Translations under genes and position numbers: made by a program
Assembly (NCBI GenBank): GCA_963794685.1
Contig: CAWCFK010000013.1
Coordinates: 139,678 to 203,677 of the forward strand
Origin: an uncultured Actinomycetota bacterium
GTDB lineage: Bacteria > Actinomycetota > Actinomycetes > Mycobacteriales > Micromonosporaceae
Length of the DNA stretch: 64,000 nucleotides
Direction of reading: 5' to 3'
Notes under the pieces: generated by a model
Seen by the model: the letters and a program-made list of their open reading frames with translations, nothing else
Databases searched by the model: none
Told to the model about the DNA's origin: nothing
Part shown: in pieces, positions 38,575 through 45,886 of the stretch
Position numbering within the stretch: position 1 is the stretch's first letter
Layout of the letters: each line of letters starts with the position of its first letter

Positions 38575-38616
38575 CTTATGGACGTTGAACGATTGTCGCG
38601 CTCGCGGTGCGAGTAG

Positions 38617-39285
38617 TCAACAGCCCGGCCGGACCCGCAACGGCAGTGGACACAGCCCGTCGCGGCCTGTGCGGCGCTGTCCCAGGCAGCGGCTTCGCAA
38701 GCCGTCCGGCCGTCGGTCCCCAACTGGCGCGACCATCGGCCCCGGCTGATCGCCGACCTGGATCGAGCTGACCCGCCTGGGGCCAATTGTCGGTTCTGGC
38801 CCAGCAAGTGTGGAGGGGAAGACGGGCACCGTAGGCGATCTTGGTGATATCTCCGAGGTCGTTGATGGTGAGAGGTGTATTTCCCTGTCCGGTGTACGTG
38901 AGCGACCAGGCGTCAGGTTCAGAGCGTTGGCCATGCCACGATGAATGTGGGTACCGGTGTTCCGGACGTCATCGGCGCGATGTCGGGCACCGGAATCCAG
39001 TCGAGGGCAACCATGGCGGGACAGTGCGGCGGGCCGGGATAAAAGACGTCGACAGTTGTCGCTGCTCAGGTCCGCTCGGGCTGCGGTCGCCGGCGACCGC
39101 CCGTGCGCCGTGAAAATGGCGTACCGACCGCCTTTCAGTTCGTCGGATAACACTTTGTCGATTGCGGTGCCGAGGCGGTACCGCGTCGGTCCCGTACCAG
39201 GAAGCGGCGGTGGGCGGTCTGAGTACCCGGCCGCATGCGTCCGCGCCCCCACCGCCGTCGACGCGCTGTCAAAAATATTTGACAT
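38617..39285 (-). pseudogene. lower-GC hypothetical gene, frame broken twice (+1), family not recognised
   Basis: Protein-like pieces in successive +1 frames: MSNIFDS...TRYRLGTAIDKVLSDELKGGRYAIFTAHGRSP / VDVFYPGPPHCPAMVALDWIPVPDIAPMTSGTPVPTFIV / DAWSLTYTGQGNTPLTINDLGDITKIAYGARLP. The 3' end is uncertain. Its ATG overlaps the palindrome at 39267-39284. Confidence 0.3.
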
Positions 39286-39329
39286 GACGTCCGGCCCGCC
39301 TCACCTTCGTGGTGTCAAAGATTCTTGAC
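39267..39329. promoter_or_regulatory. two inverted repeats, TGTCAAA-AATA-TTTGACA (39267-39284) and TGTCAA-AGATTC-TTGAC (39313-39329); candidate XRE operators
   Basis: Read directly in the divergent intergenic region. The first one contains a TTGACA -35-like hexamer. Confidence 0.45.
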
Positions 39330-39343
39330 GCTACGGAGGTCGG

Positions 39344-39763
39344 ATGTCGTACGAGGAGAGGGGCGTCTGGGCGTCCCTGCTCGCCAGCGCCGTCGGCTAT
39401 GTCGCCTACCTCGCGATCGTCGTGCCGCGGCTGTTCCGCACGCCGGCCGCGCACGTGCCCTACCTCGCGCCGCTGCTGGTGACCACCGTGGCGTCGATCT
39501 TTGTCGCGACGGTCGTCCGGAGCGTCCTGGAGGTGGCCAGACCCAGCGACAGCAGCAAGGCCGATGCGCGGGACCGGGACATCGCCCGCTTCGGCGCGCA
39601 CGCCAGCCGCTGGTGCGTCGTCGGCGGCGCGGCCGCCGGGTTGTTCATGGCGTTCCGTCAGTGGGACTACTTCTGGATCGCCAACGTCATCTACCTCGGG
39701 TTCGTGCTCTGGGCCGTGGTCGGCTCGATGCTCCGGCTCGTCGCCTACCGGCGGGGGCTGTGA
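39344..39763 (+). CDS. small membrane protein (DUF2178-like), first gene of the XRE operon
   Basis: 139 aa with four hydrophobic spans. GGAGG RBS. Its stop overlaps the XRE start (GTGA). Confidence 0.7.
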   Translation: MSYEERGVWASLLASAVGYVAYLAIVVPRLFRTPAAHVPYLAPLLVTTVASIFVATVVRSVLEVARPSDSSKADARDRDIARFGAHASRWCVVGGAAAGLFMAFRQWDYFWIANVIYLGFVLWAVVGSMLRLVAYRRGL

Positions 39764-40002
39764 CGGTGGCGCCGAGCAAACCCACCCGGATCACCAACCG
39801 GATCCGCGTGCTGCGGTTCGGTCACGACGAAATGACCCAGGCACAACTGGCGATGCGCATCGGCGTGACCCGGCAGACCGTCATCGCCATCGAACAGGGC
39901 CGCTACTCGCCGTCCCTGGAGATGGCCTTCCAGATCGCCCGGGTCTTCGGCGTACCCCTCGACGAGGTTTTCCAGTACCCCGGCGGGTCCACGGGCCAGT
40001 GA
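39760..40002 (+). CDS. XRE-family helix-turn-helix transcriptional regulator
   Basis: Sequence ITNRIRVLRFGHDEMTQAQLAMRIGVTRQTVIAIEQGRYSPSLEMAFQIARVFGVPLDEVFQY. Confidence 0.88.
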   Translation: MTVAPSKPTRITNRIRVLRFGHDEMTQAQLAMRIGVTRQTVIAIEQGRYSPSLEMAFQIARVFGVPLDEVFQYPGGSTGQ

Positions 40003-40071
40003 CGGTGGCGGCAGCGGCCTCCCGGAAGTTCGACAATGGACAGTGGCTGCCCGACGCGGCCCTGGCGGGGC

Positions 40072-40105
40072 GGCCGGAGGGCCCGGCGGGGCGGGCCCTC
40101 CGGCC
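40072..40105. terminator. 14-bp stem hairpin between convergent genes
   Basis: Stem GGCCGGAGGGCCCG / CGGGCCCTCCGGCC with a 6-nt loop, between the XRE stop and the cutinase-like stop. Confidence 0.6.
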
Positions 40106-40111
40106 GTGCCG

Positions 40112-41443
40112 TTACGGGCTCGTACAGGTCAGCAGGGTGATGGGTGGCGCTCCGTTGGCCAGGAAGCCGAACGTGGTGGAGCCGCCCGCCGGTACGGACC
40201 CGTTGTACGCCGCGTTACGCACCGATACGGAAGAGCCGCTGCCGGTGAGCGCCCCGTTCCAGACCTGGGTGATCGTCTGGCCGCTGGACAGGGTCGGGCG
40301 CACGGTCCAGCCGTTCAGCGGCTGGCTGCCGGCGGTCACCGTGACCTCGCCCTGGAATCCGCCCGGCCACCCGTTGACCGTCCGGTAGGTCGCCTGGCAG
40401 CCGCCCGCCGGGGGTGGCGAGCTGACCGACGTCGCGGTCGGGGTCGGGCTCGACGACGCGGTCGGAGTCGGAGTCGGAGTCGGGCTCACGGTCGGGGTCG
40501 GGGTGGGGTTCGTGGGCGACGGTGAGGCGCTGGCTGTAGGCGACGACGTCGGGCCGGCCGGCGGAACCAGCGGACAGCTGTTGCGGTAGTTGGAGATTCC
40601 GGTGCTGTCGGCCAGCGCCGGGCACAGGAACTGAGGGTACCGGGCGTCGTTGTCCAGGAAGGTCTTCAGCCAGGGCACCAGGAGCCGGTCCTCGGTGTTG
40701 TTGGCCCGGGTGAAGAACAGGTGGTCCGCGCCGGCGATCTCCACCCAGGCGCGCTGCGTGCTGGTCGGCAGGCTGTTCCACAGGCCGCTCACGTAGCTGG
40801 GCGTGACGGTCGGATCGTTCTGACCGCTGAGGATCATCGTCGGCATGTGCAGGTTGGCCAGGTTCAGGCCGCCACCCGGCGCACCGGGCGCCAGCCCGAC
40901 GACGGTCTTCAGCGACGGCCGGCGCAGCGCGGCGGTGAGCGCGCCCGCGCCGCCCGCGGAGTGGCCCATCACCGCCAGCCGGGTCGGATCGACCCGGGTG
41001 CGTACCGGACTGGAGCCGGTGAGGTAGTCCAGCGCGGCGAGCGCCTCGGTCGCCCGGGCGTCCGCTCCGTCGGTACGACTGAGGGTCTCGACGCCGATCA
41101 CCACGAATCCGAACGAGGCCAGCCGTGGCCCCATCCACGCCTCTTCGTTGGCGAACAGCGCGCTGTAGCCGGGCACGATGGCGAGCCCGGCCCAGGTGCC
41201 GAGGCTGGTGTCCGTGGGGTAGTAGATGAAGCCGCCGTTGAAGCCGTTGCCCGGCGGCACGGTCAGCTGCGCGGTGGCGAACGGCCCGTAGGTGGCGGCG
41301 ATGCCGGCCACGGTGGGATCGGGACCCCGCTGGTACGGGTTGTCGGCCGCCGAGGCGCGCCCCGTCGGCCCCACCGCCGCAACGAGCAGCGCCAGGACGA
41401 CGGCGACGGCCGCCATTGTCGGCTTGGCCCAGGTACGCCTCAT
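40112..41443 (-). CDS. secreted cutinase / polyesterase (Thermobifida cutinase-PETase-like alpha/beta hydrolase) fused to a C-terminal CBM2
   Basis: Motifs NPYQRGPDPT, GGFIYYP, VMGHSAGG (nucleophile elbow), SGQNDPTV, GADHLF, FLCP...YRNSCP. Pro/Thr/Ser linker, then CQATYRTVNGWPGGFQGEVTV...LLTCTSP (CBM2). Confidence 0.88.
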   Translation of the reverse strand: MRRTWAKPTMAAVAVVLALLVAAVGPTGRASAADNPYQRGPDPTVAGIAATYGPFATAQLTVPPGNGFNGGFIYYPTDTSLGTWAGLAIVPGYSALFANEEAWMGPRLASFGFVVIGVETLSRTDGADARATEALAALDYLTGSSPVRTRVDPTRLAVMGHSAGGAGALTAALRRPSLKTVVGLAPGAPGGGLNLANLHMPTMILSGQNDPTVTPSYVSGLWNSLPTSTQRAWVEIAGADHLFFTRANNTEDRLLVPWLKTFLDNDARYPQFLCPALADSTGISNYRNSCPLVPPAGPTSSPTASASPSPTNPTPTPTVSPTPTPTPTASSSPTPTATSVSSPPPAGGCQATYRTVNGWPGGFQGEVTVTAGSQPLNGWTVRPTLSSGQTITQVWNGALTGSGSSVSVRNAAYNGSVPAGGSTTFGFLANGAPPITLLTCTSP

Positions 41444-41595
41444 GCTCCGACCTCCGATACGGTCGCCGCCGGCCGGTGGCGTCCCGGCCGGCGGGTGTCG
41501 ACGTGTTCCAGACTCCGGGTGGTCTCCGGCTGGTCATCGCCAGGTCGGGACGGTGGCCCGGTTGACGGACCCCTGACGGCTTGTGGGTAGCTGGA

Positions 41596-41629
41596 CCGGG
41601 GCCCGACGTCCGTGGACGTCAGGCCCCGG
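41596..41629 (-). terminator. long imperfect hairpin directly after the esterase gene
   Basis: Stem CCGGGGCC-C-GACGTCC / GGACGTC-A-GGCCCCGG, 6 nt after the stop. Confidence 0.55.
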
Positions 41630-41634
41630 CTCGG

Positions 41635-43011
41635 TCAGGAACTCGAACAGCTGAAGTTGGTCGGTGCCGAGATGTTGCTTCCGTTGGTGGTGAAGCCGAA
41701 GGTGGTGGAGGCTCCGGCGGCGATGGTGCCGTTGTAGGTGGCGTTGGTGACGGTGACGGCTCCGGTGGGCGCCGAGCTGACCCCGTTCCACAGGCTGGTG
41801 ATGGACTGGTTGCTACCCAGGGTCATCCGTACCGACCAGCCGTTGATGGTCCTCCCGGCGGTGTTGGCCACGGTCACCTCGCCCTGGAACCCGCCCGGCC
41901 AGTTGTTCACCATGCGGTAGGTGGCCGTACAGGTGCCGGGCTGTCCGGACGGCGAAGCGCTGGACGGCGGCGGGCTGGACGGCGGGGCGCTCGACGGCGG
42001 GGCGCTGGACGGCGGCGGGCTGGACGGCGGGGCGCTGGACGGCGGCGGGCTGGACGGCGGGGCGCTGGACGGCGGCGCGCTCGACGGCGGCGCGCTGCTC
42101 GGCGGGGCCGACGACGGCGGGATCGACTGGAACAGCGAGAAGAACTTCCAGATCTCGCCGGACGTCCAGGTCCTCGGGCCGGTGGCGGTGGAGCCGTCGA
42201 TCGGCTGCGGCGTGTGATCGCCGTCGAAGGCCGCCCACTGGACCGGGTATCCGGCCCGACACCCGGAGTAGGCCGTGGTGATGTGGGTCAGGCTGCCCTG
42301 GGTGGGTTCCCGGGGACTCTGCGCCGTACAGCCGTTGTTGCGGACGAAGGTGTCCCGCAGCGACCGCCCGTTGGAGATGTTCAGCACGCTGTCGTGGATG
42401 CCGTGGATGCCGAAGTATCCCACCGGCAGCGTGCCGCCGTTGCAGCCGCTGAGGTTGGCCCCGGACAGGACGGTGACGGCCCGGAAGACGGTCGGCCGGG
42501 CGCAGGCGACGGCGTAGCTCATCGCACCGCCGTAGCTCCAGCCGAGCGCGAACAGCTGCGTGGTGTCGACGCAGAGGCCGCTCTCGATCAGCTTGGTCAG
42601 GTCGTCGACCAGGGTGAGGTCGCGACCGTTGGTGTTGGCCCAGCCGTTGTCGATGCCCTGCGGCGCCACGAAGATGGTGCCGTTGTTCGACAGCGGCTGC
42701 AGGCCGTAGTAGGGCCACGAGGTGGAGGCGACGTCGTTGGCCGTGCCGTTCAGCCAGTGGAAGGCGAAGATCAGCTGGTACGGGTGGCTGCTGTTGTAGT
42801 TGCTCGGAACGTTCAGGATGTAGCTGCGGTTCTGGCCGCTGCTGGAGATGGTGTGGGTGCCGGTGGTCAGCGTCGGCGCCTTGCCGCATCCGGCGGTCGT
42901 CGCGGCGGATGCGATGCCACCGAGGCCGTTGCTGAGCGCCACCGCGGCGGTGGCCGCGATGACGGTCGCGGCGACGGCGACAGCGCCCCATACACGTCTA
43001 CGTCTCAACAT
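41635..43011 (-). CDS. secreted CE1 / PHB-depolymerase-family esterase (feruloyl or acetyl-xylan esterase-like) fused to a C-terminal CBM2
   Basis: ATG 43011 after GAGAGGGA. Motifs RSYILNVPSNY, FAFHW, GWSYGGAM (G-x-S-x-G), HGIHD. (PPSSA)n linker. CTATYRMVNNWPGGFQGEVTV...FSCSSS (CBM2). Confidence 0.85.
   Translation of the reverse strand: MLRRRRVWGAVAVAATVIAATAAVALSNGLGGIASAATTAGCGKAPTLTTGTHTISSSGQNRSYILNVPSNYNSSHPYQLIFAFHWLNGTANDVASTSWPYYGLQPLSNNGTIFVAPQGIDNGWANTNGRDLTLVDDLTKLIESGLCVDTTQLFALGWSYGGAMSYAVACARPTVFRAVTVLSGANLSGCNGGTLPVGYFGIHGIHDSVLNISNGRSLRDTFVRNNGCTAQSPREPTQGSLTHITTAYSGCRAGYPVQWAAFDGDHTPQPIDGSTATGPRTWTSGEIWKFFSLFQSIPPSSAPPSSAPPSSAPPSSAPPSSPPPSSAPPSSPPPSSAPPSSAPPSSPPPSSASPSGQPGTCTATYRMVNNWPGGFQGEVTVANTAGRTINGWSVRMTLGSNQSITSLWNGVSSAPTGAVTVTNATYNGTIAAGASTTFGFTTNGSNISAPTNFSCSSS
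41947..42120 (-). repeat. in-frame tandem 15-bp repeat array encoding the (PPSSA/PPSSP)n linker
   Basis: About 11 units of GGACGGCGG(G/C)G(C/G)GCT-type sequence read directly. They encode residues about 298-355 of the esterase. Confidence 0.85.
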
Positions 43012-43247
43012 CTGTCCCTCTCTGCGTTCGCGGGTGCCGGTCGACGGAGCGTGACGGCCGGGCACGGGGTGGTCGGGCGGCCCGGGCCGCTGTCGGGTGG
43101 TGCGTCGCCGTTCGCCCGTCGGGGTCACCGGCGCGTTGGTGTGACGAGGTGGATCCGATCCGTGACCCGTGCCGCCGTTGCCAACCGACCGGGCGCCCTT
43201 ACGTCCAGCTCACGGGCCTGCGACCGGGTCATCATCATCGGCGTCGA

Positions 43248-43274
43248 TGTTATCGCCAACACCTCGACCGTCAA
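43248..43274 (-). promoter_or_regulatory. LacI-type operator TGTTATCGCCAACA (43248-43261) with an adjacent -35-like TTGACG (complement of 43269-43274)
   Basis: Upstream of the esterase gene. The layout and flanking ATAACATCGACGCC are shared with 45724-45750. Confidence 0.45.
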
Positions 43275-43408
43275 GACATGACACTTCCAGGGCCTGCGAA
43301 CCCGCTGCCGCCAAGCATCGACCTGCGCATTCTCCGAGGACCTCTATGAAACTTCCGCGAAACTTCCGGAACTCATATCGGTCGGCGCGCGACCAACCGC
43401 GATGCCGA

Positions 43409-43431
43409 GGGCGCAGGTGGGCCCTGCGCCC
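43409..43431 (-). terminator. 9-bp stem hairpin after the GH27 gene
   Basis: Stem GGGCGCAGG / CCTGCGCCC with a 5-nt loop, 10 nt after the stop. Confidence 0.5.
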
Positions 43432-43441
43432 CCGGGTCACG

Positions 43442-45106
43442 TCAGCCGACGGCGCAGGAGGCGCCGTTGAGGGCGAAGGCGGTGGGTGCCGCGGCGTTGC
43501 CGGTGTGCGTGGCCTGGAACCCGATGGTGGTGGAGGCGCCGGCCGCCAGCGTGCCGTTGTAGCTGACGTTGCTGGCGGTGACCTGCCCGCTGGACGGGCT
43601 GTAGGTGGCGTTCCAGCCGTTGGTGATGACCTGGCCGCCGGGCAACGTGAAGACCAGCGACCAGCTGGCCAGCCCGGAGCCGCCGGTGTTGGTGATGGTG
43701 ATGCTGGCCGTCAACCCGGTGTTCCAGGCGTTCACCACGTCGGACACCCGGCAGGCCGCCGCCGGCTGGGGTGAGGAGGGCGTTGGTGACGGCGAGGACG
43801 GGGTTACCGACGGCGAGACGGACGGCCCCGGGGACGACGGTGAGACGGTCGGCGTCGGTGAGATGCTCGGCGACGGGGACGAGCCGCCACTGGACACCCG
43901 GTACATGACCACGCCGTGGCCCGGGACGCTGGCGCTGATGGTGCCGTTGGTGACGGTGCTGACCGCACCGGACCACAGGTCGGTCAGCGTGAGGCTGGAA
44001 ACCCCCGACTTGCCGATGGCCGACGCTGTGGTGCTGATGTTGGCGGTCCCGCTGTTCTCGTTGAACAGCACCACCGAGACGTCACCGCCCGCCAGCGGCT
44101 TGGCCAGCACGTCCAACCCACCCGAGGAACTGATCTGGTGACCCTGCTTACCCAACGAATCCTGGTCAACCGCGATCACAGCCTTGTTCCCCAAGATCGA
44201 CAGCGTGGTCGAACTGGCATTGACCAGATTGTTCCCAGCCAACAGCGGCGCAGCCATCTCCGCCCACAGACTGAAGTGCGCCCGATCCTCAGTGGCCGAC
44301 ATCCCGTTGCCGACCTCCAACATGTCCGGGTCATTCCAATGCCCCGGACCGGCGTAGGAGTCCAGACCCACATTCTGGTGGAAGATCGACAACATACTCG
44401 AGAAGTTCGCCCCGATATCCCCCGTCGTCCGCCACAGGTGACCGATATTGCCCGCCCACGTGGCCGGGTTGTTCACACCCCACTCACAAATGCTGTACAC
44501 GATCGGCCGACCAGTCGCCGCCAACGCATCCCGCATCGCCGTATACCGGCTGACGTACTGCTGCGTCGTCGAACTGCCGTTGTTGTAACAGTTGTCGTAC
44601 TTGAGGTAGTCAACGCCCCAGGAGGCGAACGACCGCGCATCCTGCGTCTCGTGCCCCAGGCTGCCCGGATAACCGGCACACGTCGACGTACCCGCATCCT
44701 CGTAGATGCCCAACTTCAGGCCCTTCGAATGCACATACGCCGCCGTACCGGAAATCCCGTCCGGGAACTTACCGAAATCCGGCTGCAGATTCCCCGCCGA
44801 ATCACGACTGTGCTGCAACCAACAGTCATCGATATTCACATACTGATAGCCCGCCCCAGCCAGACCAGACGACACGATCTTGTCAGCCGTCTGCTTCACC
44901 AGGGTCTCGGACACATTGCAGCCATAAGCATTCCAGTCATTCCAGCCCATCGGCGGAGTCAACGCCAGGCCGTTGGACAAGGCCTGGGCCGGGCTGGCCA
45001 GGTGCCATGCGGTCACCGAGAGCACCGCCGCCGCCAATACGGCCAGGGCCATGCCGGACGCCAGCCGTCCGCGCCGTGGCCGGCCCGCCTCCATCTTTCT
45101 GCGCAT
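43442..45106 (-). CDS. secreted GH27 alpha-galactosidase fused to a C-terminal CBM2
   Basis: 554 aa. Motifs [42 protein letters not shown]. Ser/Pro linker. CRVSDVVNAWNTGLTASITI...LNGASCAVG (CBM2). GGAGA RBS. Confidence 0.93.
   Translation of the reverse strand: MRRKMEAGRPRRGRLASGMALAVLAAAVLSVTAWHLASPAQALSNGLALTPPMGWNDWNAYGCNVSETLVKQTADKIVSSGLAGAGYQYVNIDDCWLQHSRDSAGNLQPDFGKFPDGISGTAAYVHSKGLKLGIYEDAGTSTCAGYPGSLGHETQDARSFASWGVDYLKYDNCYNNGSSTTQQYVSRYTAMRDALAATGRPIVYSICEWGVNNPATWAGNIGHLWRTTGDIGANFSSMLSIFHQNVGLDSYAGPGHWNDPDMLEVGNGMSATEDRAHFSLWAEMAAPLLAGNNLVNASSTTLSILGNKAVIAVDQDSLGKQGHQISSSGGLDVLAKPLAGGDVSVVLFNENSGTANISTTASAIGKSGVSSLTLTDLWSGAVSTVTNGTISASVPGHGVVMYRVSSGGSSPSPSISPTPTVSPSSPGPSVSPSVTPSSPSPTPSSPQPAAACRVSDVVNAWNTGLTASITITNTGGSGLASWSLVFTLPGGQVITNGWNATYSPSSGQVTASNVSYNGTLAAGASTTIGFQATHTGNAAAPTAFALNGASCAVG
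44469..44975. repeat. 507-bp segment about 99.5% identical to window positions 1-507 (paralogous GH27 5' coding region)
   Basis: Constant offset of 44468. Mismatches seen only at 1/44469, 86/44554 and 144/44612. Identity stops abruptly at 507/44975, the signal-peptide junction. Confidence 0.9.
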
Positions 45107-45174
45107 CAGGTTCTCCTTGGGTCGGTACTCAACTGTCGGTGGTCTGCAGGTGTCGCGCGCCGGGTCGGACGGGT

Positions 45175-45205
45175 GGCGGGCCGGTTGCGCTCGGACCGGC
45201 CCGCC
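45175..45205 (-). terminator. 11-bp stem hairpin after the CBM2-only ORF
   Basis: Stem GGCGGGCCGGT / ACCGGCCCGCC with a 9-nt loop, 12 nt after the stop. Confidence 0.5.
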
Positions 45206-45217
45206 CGTCCCGCTGTG

Positions 45218-45628
45218 CTACCGCACGCCGATGGTGCGGCTGCCCAGACTCCTCGGTGCGCTGGCCGGGCTGCCGCTCACCGCCGCGAACGGCAGCGCCG
45301 TCGTGGTGGGCGACGCGGTCCGTTCGACGAGATTGGACTCGCCCGCCTGCGCCGGAATACTGATCGTGGCGCCTGTCCGTCCACTCAGGACAGTGGTGCC
45401 GGCGCCACCGGACTGGGTGAAGCTGGCGTTCCAGAGTTGGCTGATCGCCTGTCCGGCACCGAACGGCCAGGTCAGTCGCCAGCCGTTGACCGGGTCGCCG
45501 AGGTTGTTGATGGCCACGTTCGCGCCGAAGCCGCCCTGCCACTGGCTGCTGACCGTGTAGGTCACCGCGCAGCCGGTCGCGGCCGCCCGGGCCGCTGCGG
45601 CCGCCAGCAACGCCTTGCTACGTTTCAT
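45218..45628 (-). CDS. small secreted stand-alone CBM2-like protein (second half diverged)
   Basis: Sequence MKRSKALLAAAAARAAATG-CAVTYTVSSQWQGGFGANVAINNLGDPVNGWRLTWPFGAGQAISQLWNASFTQSGG... GGGAGG RBS. The C-terminal half lacks the usual FGF and terminal Cys and has poorer G/C third positions. Confidence 0.55.
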   Translation of the reverse strand: MKRSKALLAAAAARAAATGCAVTYTVSSQWQGGFGANVAINNLGDPVNGWRLTWPFGAGQAISQLWNASFTQSGGAGTTVLSGRTGATISIPAQAGESNLVERTASPTTTALPFAAVSGSPASAPRSLGSRTIGVR

Positions 45629-45723
45629 CGGTCCTCCCGGACTGTGCGGATTCGGTGGCTGGCGCGGGCAACGTGCGGCTGCCCCGATTCCTCCCCGGAC
45701 CGTCCGGCAACTATGGGCGTCGA

Positions 45724-45750
45724 TGTTATCGGTAACAGTCGGTCAGTCAA
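45724..45750 (-). promoter_or_regulatory. LacI-type operator TGTTATCGGTAACA (45724-45737) with an adjacent -35-like TTGACT (complement of 45745-45750)
   Basis: Upstream of the CBM2-only ORF. Paralogous to 43248-43274. Confidence 0.45.
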
Positions 45751-45886
45751 CTACGGACTGAAACTTCCAGCCGCCCGTCCGCGGGCGGCCGCAGATAACC
45801 AAAAAGTCCAGGTCGATCCGGCCGACACCGCACAGCTGCGGCGCCAGGGACGCCGGCGGCCGGGCGACGTCGGGCAGACTGGGTGG

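Noticed and set aside
41947-42120. Regular short repeats that could superficially suggest a CRISPR array (also at 52862-53014)
   Set aside because: The units are 15 bp, contiguous with no spacers, in frame, and encode a Pro/Ser linker inside well-supported genes.
43916-45886. N-terminal 657 codons of the 1514-aa ORF that ends as HrpB
   Set aside because: This part is antisense to the GH27 and CBM2 genes and crosses an intergenic region with an operator and promoter. Helicase homology begins only near 45887.
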